DNA from: a virus
Reading direction: 5' to 3' (one strand)
Virus record (IMG/VR): IMGVR_UViG_2802429064_000003
Length of the DNA: 64,000 nt
The translations under genes and the position numbers were made by a program. Position 1 is the stretch's first letter; the number at the start of each line of letters is the position of its first letter. Of the stretch, positions 1 through 9,288 are shown in pieces. The notes beneath the pieces were generated by a model. It saw nothing but the letters and a program-made list of their open reading frames with translations. It ran no database searches and had not been told where the DNA came from.

Positions 1-111
1 AGACGCCGTGTGGATCGCGCTCTGCGAGATAGCCCGTCAATGGATAGCAGAGGACGAACGATGAACACGCAGGCCAGGACTGCCGACAACACCAACACAC
101 AGGGGGAACCA

Positions 112-1635
112 ATGAACGACAAGCAGAACCGTGCGCTGGACACGCTGCTGGCCACCGATGCCTACAAGCTAGATCATCGGCGCCAGTACCCGGACGGAAC
201 CGAGTTCGTGTACTCCAACCTCACCGCGCGGGGTACCCGGGTGCCGGGCGTCGATGCCACGGTGTTCTTCGGTCTGCAGGCGTATCTGCAGCGGCTGATC
301 GAAGACTGGCAGGGGTTCTTCGACCTGACCGCCGACGAACTCGAACCGGTGCTGGTCGGATATGAGCGGTTTGTGACCGCGCTGTTGGGGCCGAACACGG
401 TTGGCGTTCAGCACTTCCGCGACCTACACACGTTGGGCTACCTGCCACTGCGTGTCCGGGCGGTGCGGGAAGGATCGCTAGTACCTTTGCGGGTTCCGTA
501 TCTAACCGTGGAGAACACCGATCCCCGGTTCTTCTGGCTGACCAACTACTTCGAGACGCAGTTGTCGGCTGAGCTGTGGCAGCCGATCACCAGTGCCACC
601 ATCGCCTGGAACAACCGCAAGCTGCTCGATGAGCGCGCTGCTGAGTCTGGCGATGAAGACGCGGTGCAGTTCCAGGGCCATGACTTCTCCTACCGGGGCA
701 TGGCTGGAGACGCAGCGGCGGCCGCATCAGGTGCGGGCCACCTGATCAGCTTCACAGGCACCGACGGATTGCCCGCGATCCGGTTCATCGAACGGTTCTA
801 TCCCGGCAACGGCGACGCCTTGATCGGCGCATCAGTTCCGGCGACCGAGCACTCGGTGATGTGCGCCGGCGGACAAGACGGCGAGCTGGCGACCTTCGAT
901 CGGCTGCTGAGCCTGTATCCCGAAGGAATCCTGTCGGTCGTCTCCGACACCTGGGATCTGTGGCGCGTACTCACCGAGTACCTGCCCGCGCGCAAGGAAC
1001 AGAACATGGCCCGCGACGGCAAGCTCGTGGTCCGGCCCGACAGCGGTGACCCTGAGCTGATCCTGTGCGGAGATCCAGCTGCGCCCGAAGGTAGTCCGGC
1101 TCGCAAGGGCGTGGTGAACCTGCTGGCCGAGACGTTCGGCACCGTGACCAACGCAAAGGGGTACCGCGAGCTGGAGCCTCACATCGGCGCGATCTATGGG
1201 GATTCGATCACCCATGAGCGCGCTGACGCGATCACCCGGAACCTGATGGCGCAGGGATATGCCTCCACGGCTGTCGTTTTCGGATTCGGTTCCTACACCT
1301 ACCAGTACCAGACGCGCGACACCTTCAAGATGGCCGTCAAGGCGACATGGGTTCAGATCGACGGTGTCGGCCGGGACATCCTCAAAGACCCGGTCACCGA
1401 TGACGGATCGAAGAAGTCGGCTACCGGGCGGTTGGCGGTGCGACGCGCGATGAGCGGCGAGCCGTACTTGATCGAGCATGCCGATGCCGATCAGGAAGCC
1501 GACAACGAACTGAAGCTGGTGTTCGAGGACGGAAAGCTGTTGCGGCAATACAGCTTCACCGAAGTGCGCGAAACGTTGACCCGTGAGACCGGTGTCTATC
1601 GGCGTTACAGCCGCGCGAGGAGGCAGCAGCCATGA
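112..1635 (+). CDS. nadV: Nicotinamide phosphoribosyltransferase (NAMPT/NadV family). Start moved to the internal ATG at 112, which has an AGGGGGAA RBS; the N-terminus MNDKQNRALDTLLATDAYKLDH matches the NAMPT N-terminal pattern.
   Basis: Long ORF with good codon periodicity. NAMPT-like motifs run throughout, for example GFGSYTYQYQTRDTFKMAVKATW and IYGDSIT. The 4-nt ATGA overlap with the next gene indicates translational coupling. Confidence 0.8.
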   Translation: MNDKQNRALDTLLATDAYKLDHRRQYPDGTEFVYSNLTARGTRVPGVDATVFFGLQAYLQRLIEDWQGFFDLTADELEPVLVGYERFVTALLGPNTVGVQHFRDLHTLGYLPLRVRAVREGSLVPLRVPYLTVENTDPRFFWLTNYFETQLSAELWQPITSATIAWNNRKLLDERAAESGDEDAVQFQGHDFSYRGMAGDAAAAASGAGHLISFTGTDGLPAIRFIERFYPGNGDALIGASVPATEHSVMCAGGQDGELATFDRLLSLYPEGILSVVSDTWDLWRVLTEYLPARKEQNMARDGKLVVRPDSGDPELILCGDPAAPEGSPARKGVVNLLAETFGTVTNAKGYRELEPHIGAIYGDSITHERADAITRNLMAQGYASTAVVFGFGSYTYQYQTRDTFKMAVKATWVQIDGVGRDILKDPVTDDGSKKSATGRLAVRRAMSGEPYLIEHADADQEADNELKLVFEDGKLLRQYSFTEVRETLTRETGVYRRYSRARRQQP

Positions 1636-2285
1636 GATCGATGACCGAATCGAACCTGGCCGTACGCGCAGGAGATCATCCGGTGCACGGCACCTGGCTC
1701 AGCGTGGACGTCGTTGCACTCACCGATGACCCTGAGCCGAAGATCGTGTTGATCGAACGTGCCGGTGCACCGCACAAAGGTGAAATCACCTTGCCTGGTG
1801 GGCTGCTGGCCGCCTGGGAGGGGGAGACCGTCGAGCAGTGCGCGCAGCGCATCGTGCGAGACAAAGCCGGCACTGAGGTGACCGGTGGCGTCGCGGTCGT
1901 CGACGTCGTCAGCGACCCGGACCGCGACGAACGCGGACACACCGTATCTATCGTCGTGGTGGCCCGTGTCCCCGCCGAGGTCAGGGGCGCTGTGCCAGTG
2001 ACCCAGATGCCGGAGGCAATGCCATTCGGCCACACGGCGATCGCCAGGTCGGCGATCCGGCGATTAGAGGAGCGCCTGTTGGTTGACCCGGACACCACAC
2101 GCGCCATGCTCGGCGACGAGACCACCCTCGCCCAAGTTCGCGCGCTGCTCGGTGTCTGCGGCCCGACAACCGCGGGCGCAGCCCGCAAGCGGCTGGACCG
2201 CTCACCGCTATACCGCCGAACCGAGGAGCTGCGTAAGCCAGCGCCAACCGGCCGGCCAGGGCACGTATACCGATTCCTGGTGTAG
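1632..2285 (+). CDS. Nudix hydrolase, likely an ADP-ribose pyrophosphatase type
   Basis: GAGGAGG RBS upstream and an ATGA overlap with nadV. The Nudix box-like segment is GEITLPGGLLAAWEGETVEQCAQRIVRDKAG. NAMPT followed by Nudix is the phage NadV/NatV-like arrangement. Confidence 0.7.
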   Translation: MRSMTESNLAVRAGDHPVHGTWLSVDVVALTDDPEPKIVLIERAGAPHKGEITLPGGLLAAWEGETVEQCAQRIVRDKAGTEVTGGVAVVDVVSDPDRDERGHTVSIVVVARVPAEVRGAVPVTQMPEAMPFGHTAIARSAIRRLEERLLVDPDTTRAMLGDETTLAQVRALLGVCGPTTAGAARKRLDRSPLYRRTEELRKPAPTGRPGHVYRFLV

Positions 2286-2688
2286 GTGCCGCGCCGAGCA
2301 AGGCTACGGTCGCCGATGCGCATAGACGGCGCACGTGTCACCTGCGACCAAACCGCAACGGCTGCAGAGGCTTCACCAGTTGTACGAGCTGACTTTGTCT
2401 GATCCTGAAACGGCGCACAGCCAGGCCGATGACCACCGCGTGCGTTACGTCAACGACCCCTACATCACAGCGGTCTTCGCGCGGTGTGAGGGGCATTACT
2501 GAGGCCGCGACACGCCGAGAAAACCGGCATTTGCCGTCTCAGTTGCTTGTCGGTCATGGGGTGTAAATAGTTAGGCAGTCGGCACGGATGCATGCATCTT
2601 CGACAGGTAGGGAAGCCCGTCGACGATGCATCCACACCGGCATAGATCAGCAACAGCAACTCAACAGCACCAGAAAAGAGGCACTACC

Positions 2689-3339
2689 ATGACCGCTCCT
2701 ATCGCTCCTGCCGCTGTTCCTGTGGCAGCCGCTCCAGCAGCCCCCGCTCCAGTGGCAGCCGCCCCGGTGGCCGCAGCTCCAGCACCGGCCGCTGTTCCTG
2801 GCGCTGCCCCCGTCGCTGCGGCGCCTGTGGCAGCTGCAGCCGTGCCGACCGCCGCTCCTGTCGGTCTGCCGGCGGGTTACGCGGGCGTCAGTTCTGTCGC
2901 ACCCAACATCGGCGTTATCCCGAATAGTGGCGGAGGCGGAATTCCGGAAGAGCACTTCAACAAGCCGATCCTTTTCCGGCTTCTGGGCATCGCTCAGCGC
3001 ACCAGCAAGTACGAGAAGGAGCAGGTCATGGCTCCGACCGTCGACTACATCGTGCTTGATCCGGCCACCGGTCAGTTCACGGAGGCCAAGAACATCACGA
3101 TCATGCAGAAGAACATCCGCAATGAACTGGTGACCTGCTTCCAGCGCGGCGAACAGGCGGTTACCGGTGTCGCGATCAAGGTCCCTACCAACAATGACAA
3201 CGACGCGAAGGTTCTGCGAGCGCTGGACGATCAGAACTCGGGATACGCCGCCGTTGGATACAGCGTCGAGCAGGTGATCGGCTTCCTTCGTGAAGCCGCC
3301 ATCAGCCAATTCCAGTGGTGGACGACGTCCGCCGCCTAA
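2689..3339 (+). CDS. Hypothetical protein with an N-terminal Pro/Ala-rich low-complexity linker
   Basis: ATG at 2689 preceded by an AAAGAGG RBS. PAAPVAAAP repeats are followed by a globular C-terminal domain. A terminator lies downstream. Confidence 0.55.
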   Translation: MTAPIAPAAVPVAAAPAAPAPVAAAPVAAAPAPAAVPGAAPVAAAPVAAAAVPTAAPVGLPAGYAGVSSVAPNIGVIPNSGGGGIPEEHFNKPILFRLLGIAQRTSKYEKEQVMAPTVDYIVLDPATGQFTEAKNITIMQKNIRNELVTCFQRGEQAVTGVAIKVPTNNDNDAKVLRALDDQNSGYAAVGYSVEQVIGFLREAAISQFQWWTTSAA

Positions 3340-3366
3340 TCGGCGAACCGCTGTGTGACGGCATAT

Positions 3367-3404
3367 GAAGACCCGCACTCGCAACTGGGTGCGGGTCTTC
3401 TGTC
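3367..3404 (+). terminator. Rho-independent terminator-like hairpin (12-bp perfect stem GAAGACCCGCAC/GTGCGGGTCTTC, 10-nt loop, T-rich tail)
   Basis: Perfect inverted repeat directly after the stop codon at 3339, followed by TTCTGTCGTC. Confidence 0.5.
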
Positions 3405-3490
3405 GTCATAGGTGTTGCGCTCCGCATGCACCACGCATTAGACCTAGCATCTCGCATGAATATCACTGCCAATGAAAGGCACTTTGAATC

Positions 3491-4057
3491 ATGACTGCCC
3501 TCGATAGCACTACCTACCTCCGGCCGATCAATGCCGATACGGGAGCCCCGACGTTGGCGGTGTACTTCACAGCTGCGCTGTTCGACATCCTGCGCGCTCA
3601 CGAGTACGACCTCGCCAAACAAACTGATGAGCTCGCAGCTGACGTACGCGATGAGCTGGACCGTCTTGGAATCGGTATTCGCCCAACGATCACGCATGGC
3701 CGCATCCGCATCATGCAGGAGATTGAGCCCGACGAGAGCGGCGTGAATCAGACACCGATGGTGTTCTCCACGGTGATCGCCTATCTCACCGACGCTGAAC
3801 CGGACGACCCACGACTGTCCGCGTTGGCCGAGGGATTTTTCGGAGAACGAGTCGATGCCCATGTCGAGTTCGAAATCCCCACGACCGCCAGCGAAGCCGC
3901 GCTGCAGGAGGAAGAGCGCACCAACGCAGAAGCGGCGCGCCGGTACACCGCGAAGGCAGACTCTGAAAGGGCTGCAGCTGCTGAGAAATATGCCAAGGCG
4001 GGTGCCAATCCCTTCGACTCCGAAGTGATCGGGGACATGAGAAACCTGTTCGACTGA
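3491..4057 (+). CDS. Hypothetical acidic protein
   Basis: ORF with a balanced composition. An upstream AT-rich leader contains GAATATCAC, partially similar to the palindromic operator flank. Confidence 0.5.
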   Translation: MTALDSTTYLRPINADTGAPTLAVYFTAALFDILRAHEYDLAKQTDELAADVRDELDRLGIGIRPTITHGRIRIMQEIEPDESGVNQTPMVFSTVIAYLTDAEPDDPRLSALAEGFFGERVDAHVEFEIPTTASEAALQEEERTNAEAARRYTAKADSERAAAAEKYAKAGANPFDSEVIGDMRNLFD

Positions 4058-4429
4058 GCTACCGGAAGGCCGGAGGCGGGTGCAGGAAGCGCCCCCGTCT
4101 CCGGCCTTGTTCATGTCATAGGTCTGTGTCCCCATTGCCCGGCCTCAAATCGCGCGGGCAGAAAGGTGTTGCCGCTGTGAAGCGCTCTGTCGACCCTGCT
4201 GCGAGAACCCCCGATCGAATCGCTGCGGATGTCTTCTTGACCCGTGCCAAGAAGTTGGAGGGGATGGGTAAACATGCTGAGGCCCATGAGCTTCGAACGC
4301 GAGCCAGGCAACTTGTCGGGGACGTGACCGGCGGCTCTCGGGAGTCGACGAGAGGGGAGGGGGCAACGTGTCCTGCCATGTTTGCGCGTGTCGCGCGCCG
4401 AGTGTTGTCTACGCAACGCAACTGATCTA

Positions 4430-4446
4430 TTCTCCATTTTAGAGAA
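4430..4446. promoter_or_regulatory. Operator/promoter palindrome, variant TTCTCCATTTTAGAGAA
   Basis: A 17-bp inverted repeat of the TTCTCTA-N3-TAGAGAA family, 19 nt upstream of the ATG at 4466. Confidence 0.55.
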
Positions 4447-4465
4447 CTTGGAATAGGTGGTAGTC

Positions 4466-4774
4466 ATGTTCAGAACGGCAGCTTTTCGCCGCATGGCGTT
4501 GGCGGGAGCGTTGACGACGGGTGTCGGCGGTACCGCTACAACCCTTGTGCCTGGCATGAATCACTGGCCGACCGCGTCGGTGGCCGTTGTTGTCGCCGTG
4601 GTCACTGCTGTCGGCGGCATCGTGAGAAAGCTCCTGCACGTCGCCCTGATCGCCATCATCGTGACCGGGACCTTGCTCGTCGTCGACACCGTGACGGGCG
4701 GGAACATTCAGCGCGATCTCAACCTCACCTCGCTGCTGAGTCTGGGGTCCGAACCACGCAGCGAGAAGGGCTGA
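4466..4774 (+). CDS. Small integral membrane protein
   Basis: AGGTGG RBS 5 nt upstream. Highly hydrophobic sequence with multiple predicted TM segments (LAGALTTGVGGTATTLVPG, VAVVVAVVTAVGGIV, IAIIVTGTLLVV). Confidence 0.55.
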   Translation: MFRTAAFRRMALAGALTTGVGGTATTLVPGMNHWPTASVAVVVAVVTAVGGIVRKLLHVALIAIIVTGTLLVVDTVTGGNIQRDLNLTSLLSLGSEPRSEKG

Positions 4775-4779
4775 GGAAC

Positions 4780-4890
4780 ATGGACTTCAACACACCGTTG
4801 CAGAGCTTGCATGGCTGGCCTGCGGCAGCGGTGCTCATCGCCATCGTCGTGGCGATCGCTGCTGTTTTGATTGCCGGGATATGCCAGTGA
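4780..4890 (+). CDS. Putative 36-aa membrane peptide (MDFNTPLQSLHGWPAAAVLIAIVVAIAAVLIAGICQ)
   Basis: GAGGAA RBS. One hydrophobic helix. Overlaps the start of the next gene. Too short to appear in the ORF track. Confidence 0.35.
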   Translation: MDFNTPLQSLHGWPAAAVLIAIVVAIAAVLIAGICQ

Positions 4891-5225
4891 CCCGCCGCCT
4901 GGTCCCCCGCATCGTGGCGGCATCGCTGATTTTCGGTGGCGTGGCTGGGTCAGTGGTGGGGTGCAGTACGGACACCCTGCTTCCCGGGTTCGAGAGCCCT
5001 GCTACACCAACGACGAGGCCGATTCCGGTCCCGGCGCCAGAGACGAAAACCCCCAATGTCGATGGCGGGTTCAGCACCTACTGGATGCTTCTTCCTGGTG
5101 GCAAGGAGAAGGTGCTGTGTTACGAGCACGCCTATGACGGCGACCCCCGCTACAACCATGTGAACGGCGTTGCTGCCGACTGTGATTGGAACGATAAGCA
5201 GCCGGTCGCTGGTGGTGACAGGTGA
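4881..5225 (+). CDS. Putative secreted lipoprotein
   Basis: Signal peptide with the lipobox-like SVVGC|S, followed by a Pro/Thr-rich linker. Confidence 0.55.
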   Translation: MPVTRRLVPRIVAASLIFGGVAGSVVGCSTDTLLPGFESPATPTTRPIPVPAPETKTPNVDGGFSTYWMLLPGGKEKVLCYEHAYDGDPRYNHVNGVAADCDWNDKQPVAGGDR

Positions 5226-5281
5226 GCGTCCGCGTCCGGTCACGCCTCGTGCCTTTCATGGACGGCGCGGTGGCGGTTTCT

Positions 5282-5509
5282 CTATTCCGACTCACTCCAC
5301 GAGAGCGCGCGACGCTCGCGCTTTCGCAGATAGCTAATGACGCCGGAGCTCAGGACTATCGACGGTGGCGCCGCATCGGTGCGGCCAATCAGGCGGGCAT
5401 CTTTGTACTCGAAATAGGCCTTCTGGCCTTTACCTGTACGGCACTTCCGCCAATAGCGGCAAGTTTCATCGGCATCCTCTTTCTCACGTTCGAAGTTGTG
5501 ATACAACAC
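5282..5509 (-). CDS. Small hypothetical protein (75 aa)
   Basis: Composition is unusually AT-containing and protein-like (YHNFEREKEDADETCRYWRKC). Convergent with the flanking + strand genes. No recognisable motif. Confidence 0.3.
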   Translation of the reverse strand: MLYHNFEREKEDADETCRYWRKCRTGKGQKAYFEYKDARLIGRTDAAPPSIVLSSGVISYLRKRERRALSWSESE

Positions 5510-5568
5510 CGGACCCGCAGTGGCCTTCGTCGCGTGGCCATAGTGTGCGAATCCACAGCGGACACAGC

Positions 5569-5871
5569 ATGACCGGCGGCGTCGACAACGGGGCGGTCAA
5601 AACCCCACCACTCGTGGACGATATGGCGTTGTGGCCACGCGTCCGGCAGGCCATCTATGCGACCGCGCTAAGTCGCGCGGATGTGCAATGGCGGTTTCCT
5701 GAGTGTCACAAGAAGAAGTGCGGCGCCGATCATGGTGACGTTGATTTCGTGGTGCGAATGGTTCTCGATGGCGTCGCAGACTCGGTGCTCAAAGAGCTGC
5801 TGTGTCGCGCAGTGACCGAGCCGGACGACGGTGAGCCTATCCAGGCCAAAGCGATTGCAGGAAAGAGCTGA
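5569..5871 (+). CDS. Hypothetical protein (start moved to the internal ATG MTGGVDNG; the upstream extension is Arg/Ser/His-rich noise)
   Basis: Protein-like composition begins only at 5569. Its stop overlaps the start of the DUF2493 gene (TGATG). Confidence 0.45.
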   Translation: MTGGVDNGAVKTPPLVDDMALWPRVRQAIYATALSRADVQWRFPECHKKKCGADHGDVDFVVRMVLDGVADSVLKELLCRAVTEPDDGEPIQAKAIAGKS

Positions 5872-6278
5872 TGCGCATTCTGATTACCGGCAGTCGCCGC
5901 TGGAAAGATCAGGCCACAATCGAAACCGCCCTCCGCGAAACTGCAGCCGACCTCTACCCGAGAACGGTGACGGTGGTGCATGGTGCATGCCCCTACGGCG
6001 GGGCGGACATCATCGCAGCCGCGATTGGCGACAGGCTTGGGTTCGTGGTCGAACCTCATCCAGCGGCGTGGCAAGTACACGGTAAAGCCGCTGGCCCCTT
6101 GCGAAACCAAGAGATGGTCGACCTTGGTGCCGACGTCTGCCTTGCTTTTCCTGACGCGGATTCTCGCGGTACCTGGGACTGCGTCAGGCGGGCGGACGCC
6201 GCGGGAATACCTGTGATCGTCGATTCTGGCGCTGGCCCATACATCTACACCAAGCACGAAAGCAGGCAGACCCAATGA
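5871..6278 (+). CDS. DUF2493 / SLOG-superfamily Rossmann-like protein (YspA/DprA-like nucleotide-binding fold)
   Basis: MRILITGSRRW...VVHGACPYGGADIIAA...GPLRNQEMVD...VCLAFPDADSRGTWDCVRRA matches the DUF2493 pattern common in actinophages. GGAAAGAG RBS. Confidence 0.7.
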   Translation: MRILITGSRRWKDQATIETALRETAADLYPRTVTVVHGACPYGGADIIAAAIGDRLGFVVEPHPAAWQVHGKAAGPLRNQEMVDLGADVCLAFPDADSRGTWDCVRRADAAGIPVIVDSGAGPYIYTKHESRQTQ

Positions 6279-6841
6279 TTCCGATTCCCATTGTTGTTCC
6301 AAGCGGATCCAGCGGCGAAGGACGAGATCCCGCCGCGTCGGACCTGGCCATCGCATCGCTGGTGTGCAGTGCGGTGACCGGGCTGTTCATGGCTCTGCGC
6401 TGGTTAGTGCGCACACGAACAAGCGAGTTCTTATGCGCACTTGAGTACGACGATCCGCGGCGTGTGGGTTGTGATCGCTTCGGTATGTCGAGCTACGACA
6501 TGATTCATGATTTCTCAGCTGTGCTCGGCTGGGCCGCCTTCGTCTTCGCATTCGGTATCGGGCTGCTGGCCGGACCATTCCTCGCAAGTCGGCAATGGCT
6601 GCGCACCTCCCGCGGGTTGGCGTTTGCGCTATATGCCGCCATCGGCGCGCTAGCACTGATAATCCCGACGCCAGGCCCTGAGTACCTCGACCCAATCCGG
6701 TACGCGATGCTGGTCCTGTGGGGGTTGTCGGTGATCGCCTACTCCGTGATGGGTCTACGTGCAGCTGCCCGGATCGCCAAGGATCTACACCAGGAGGCTG
6801 AAGCCGGGGAAGGGCATCCCGGAGCGCAGGAGCTGACGTGA
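6275..6841 (+). CDS. Integral membrane protein
   Basis: ATGA overlap with the upstream gene. Several hydrophobic helices (LVCSAVTGLFMAL, GWAAFVFAFGIGLLAGPFL, LYAAIGALALIIP, LVLWGLSVIAYSVMGL). Confidence 0.55.
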   Translation: MIPIPIVVPSGSSGEGRDPAASDLAIASLVCSAVTGLFMALRWLVRTRTSEFLCALEYDDPRRVGCDRFGMSSYDMIHDFSAVLGWAAFVFAFGIGLLAGPFLASRQWLRTSRGLAFALYAAIGALALIIPTPGPEYLDPIRYAMLVLWGLSVIAYSVMGLRAAARIAKDLHQEAEAGEGHPGAQELT

Positions 6842-7131
6842 GTGCCAAGGACGCACATTGGCTGGAGGCGCAAATGCTCGCGTCAGCGCGGCGCCTTGCC
6901 GCGCGCGATCCACGCCTGCTGTCGCCGGTTGGCCGCAGCCTCCGCGACGACGCGATCGCGCTGCTTGCGTGTTGTGAGGAGCGTGACGGCCGGCACCTCC
7001 GACTGGTCACCGACTAGAGGAAGACCGGGCGCTGAGTGGCCCTGTTCTGCGTCGTGCAGGCGAGGATAGGATCAGCGCGAGCGGTTTGGGCGGATATTAG
7101 GGGCCATTCCCAATGCGTAGAGGGGGAGTGC

Positions 7132-8049
7132 ATGATCAGGACGGTGTTTGGAGGTGCGGCAGCTGCGCTGCTGGCCGCCGCTCTGGTGGGGAGCGTGCCG
7201 CTGTGGCGAACGCCTGGACAGCTACCCGATACGCCGTTGGACTGGCGGGCGAATCTGGCCGATTTCCAATTCCGGTGGACAGCCGAGCCGGGGATAGACC
7301 TTGTGTCCGGGCCCGCGGTGCCGTTACGTGCGTATGTGGAGTCCTGGCGCGTTGTGCTGATGGAGTCGAACATGGGCGCGGCATACCCGGGATTTGAGGC
7401 GGCAGTTCCGGAGAACCAAGAGCTCACCTACGAAAATTTCATACAGCCCCGCGAGGTCCCGCCGTACATGCTGACCAGCACACGGCCGACATTGGACGAA
7501 TCCTACGGCGATATCTATCGAAGTGATCAACAGCGATACATCTCAAAACGCTTCTACGGCAATGAGTTACTTCACATCCAGTCGTTGAAGAAAGTTCCCG
7601 GAGGATGGCAGGCCTACGTGTGCGATGGGTTGTACAAGATGTTTCGTGATGACGGCGATAGATACAGCCCGGTGACGACCCTGCCCGGCTGGGAAGGACA
7701 ACCCAGTGAGCCTCTCAAAGACATTCGGCTCTGGCACGTCGAGATCAGCGACGCCGAAGGGGCAGTGACGGCCCGCGATCAGGAAGGTGATGCTTCGCAG
7801 CCGGCACAAAACGTGTTCACGCCATGGCGGATCCGCGGTGCCGATCCCGACAGCGGCTGGGAATCTCACCCGGATCTGGCCGGCAGCGATCACTCGGAGA
7901 GTTTTTCGGAGTTTGGCCGCCGCCGCCAGCAGTGCAGCGACTCGATGCCCGATGGTCCCGATGCTCGAAAAGCTAAAGCGCAGTGGACAGTTACCAAGCC
8001 GAAGGCTGAGAAAGCGATTCCTGGCTGGCCCGGGCTACCCAGCATGTAG
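7132..8049 (+). CDS. Hypothetical secreted protein
   Basis: ATG at 7132. N-terminal signal-like MIRTVFGGAAAALLAAALVGSVP. Acidic C-terminus. Confidence 0.5.
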   Translation: MIRTVFGGAAAALLAAALVGSVPLWRTPGQLPDTPLDWRANLADFQFRWTAEPGIDLVSGPAVPLRAYVESWRVVLMESNMGAAYPGFEAAVPENQELTYENFIQPREVPPYMLTSTRPTLDESYGDIYRSDQQRYISKRFYGNELLHIQSLKKVPGGWQAYVCDGLYKMFRDDGDRYSPVTTLPGWEGQPSEPLKDIRLWHVEISDAEGAVTARDQEGDASQPAQNVFTPWRIRGADPDSGWESHPDLAGSDHSESFSEFGRRRQQCSDSMPDGPDARKAKAQWTVTKPKAEKAIPGWPGLPSM

Positions 8050-8054
8050 GTCCG

Positions 8055-8342
8055 CTACTTACGGTGTGGCTCGACGACCTCGAAGTCATCGGCAGTCAGC
8101 CAAGGCATCGCGATGGCTGCGCCTTCATCGTCAGAGAACTCGACTAGGTATCCGGTAGGTTTACCGGGCAACTCGGTAATCACGAGCACCGTTCCGATGC
8201 TCCCGGCGGGCAGAGTCACATCGCGACAATCGGCGTATGCCAGGGCTTCATCACGTTCATCTTTGGCGCGGAGCTCGCGTCGTAGTTTGACGACATCGAG
8301 TTCACTGGGAGGACCTGCGTCAGCACGATCAACAGCTTCCAT
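8055..8342 (-). CDS. Hypothetical protein
   Basis: First gene of a long leftward operon that continues to about 22.1 kb. Overlaps the next gene. Confidence 0.45.
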   Translation of the reverse strand: MEAVDRADAGPPSELDVVKLRRELRAKDERDEALAYADCRDVTLPAGSIGTVLVITELPGKPTGYLVEFSDDEGAAIAMPWLTADDFEVVEPHRK

Positions 8343-9288
8343 TTGCCCCTTCTCCCTGATCGTTCCAGCGCACCCATTTAGCGATCGTCTTCATGTCGTG
8401 ATCGGTCATGAACGTTATCCGGCCGCGGATGGATTTCGGAGTGATCACCGTGGTTGATCCTTCGCGCCGGCGCACTACGCTTTTCGTGGTGCGGTCCACG
8501 CGGTCACTGCCGCACACAAATTCCGAATCGCAGGCGCATTGAAAGCTTGAAGTCCAGAGCAGGGGAGAGGCTTGCGGAACCAACGCCATCACAGCGTCAG
8601 ATTCCCAGCCCGGCTCGATGCCCGTACCGGTGAACCCGTGACGGGGAAGTCGATACTCGCGTGGCATATCGAGCTCAGTGAGGATCGGTATGTCTGGCAG
8701 ATCACCTGCCAAGGCATCGGTAAAGGCTCGAAGGACCGCGACATCGGGGTGCGACAGAACCAGCCAGCGCACATCGATCCCAACGCTCACCGCTTCGGAG
8801 ATCAAGCTGCAGAGCTCCGGTGACCAACGCCGACTCCAAGGCTCCAGATACCGAGTTACACCTTGCGTCGCCAAGTCGATCTCACAAGACGCCCCCGGAG
8901 CGCCTGAGCGATGCCGGCTCAACACGTCCTCAAAGCCGAGAATCCAGACAGGACGGGCGGCCGTGAATGGGACCATGCGCAGCGCTGGGAGCGTTACAGC
9001 TGGGCAGGGCCGCCCGTCAACTCCGCGGTGATCTGCCATGACCCACGCCTCGTGGTCCAGGCCGCCGTACCACGCAGTCCTCACAAGCCGGCACCATGGG
9101 CAGATCGCAGGGCCTTGCGGAGAGAGGGCCAAGTGCCAGTGGTTACCGTCTGGGCAGGGAAAGGGATACCACGGCTGCCGAATGCGACCCTGAAACTCCG
9201 CTTCCAGCTCGCGCTTGCGGGCCTCTGCACCGGCGTCTGCGGCCTTCCGTGTTGGGAATTCGGGCTCGGCGCTGTAACGGCATTTCAC
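8329..9288 (-). CDS. Hypothetical protein with a Cys/His motif (HWHL...CPWC...AWYGG)
   Basis: GTG start at 9288 forming a GTGA overlap with the upstream gene. The motif WYPFPCPDGNHWHLALSPQGPAICPWCRLVRTAWYGG is paralogous to the one at 14659-14973. Confidence 0.5.
   Translation of the reverse strand: MKCRYSAEPEFPTRKAADAGAEARKRELEAEFQGRIRQPWYPFPCPDGNHWHLALSPQGPAICPWCRLVRTAWYGGLDHEAWVMADHRGVDGRPCPAVTLPALRMVPFTAARPVWILGFEDVLSRHRSGAPGASCEIDLATQGVTRYLEPWSRRWSPELCSLISEAVSVGIDVRWLVLSHPDVAVLRAFTDALAGDLPDIPILTELDMPREYRLPRHGFTGTGIEPGWESDAVMALVPQASPLLWTSSFQCACDSEFVCGSDRVDRTTKSVVRRREGSTTVITPKSIRGRITFMTDHDMKTIAKWVRWNDQGEGANGSC

Noticed and set aside
832-2341. Long antisense ORFs (832-1548 minus, 1676-2341 minus, and similar ones opposite most large genes such as 20400-21062 plus and 30189-31844 plus)
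   Set aside because: These are high-GC frame artefacts. They have Arg/Ser/Pro/Gly-rich, low-complexity translations and no start-site signals, and they lie opposite genes with clear motifs.
3420-3490. Possible seventh copy of the operator upstream of gene 3491 (shares GAATATCAC with the flank of the 12918 site)
   Set aside because: Only the 9-bp flank matches. The palindromic arms TTCTCTA/TAGAGAA are absent.
5365-5568. N-terminal extension of ORF 5365-5871, and a possible HNH endonuclease on the minus strand at 5282-5509
   Set aside because: The extension is Arg/Ser/His-rich noise. The minus-strand ORF has protein-like composition but lacks the HNH catalytic motif, so it is kept only as a low-confidence small ORF.
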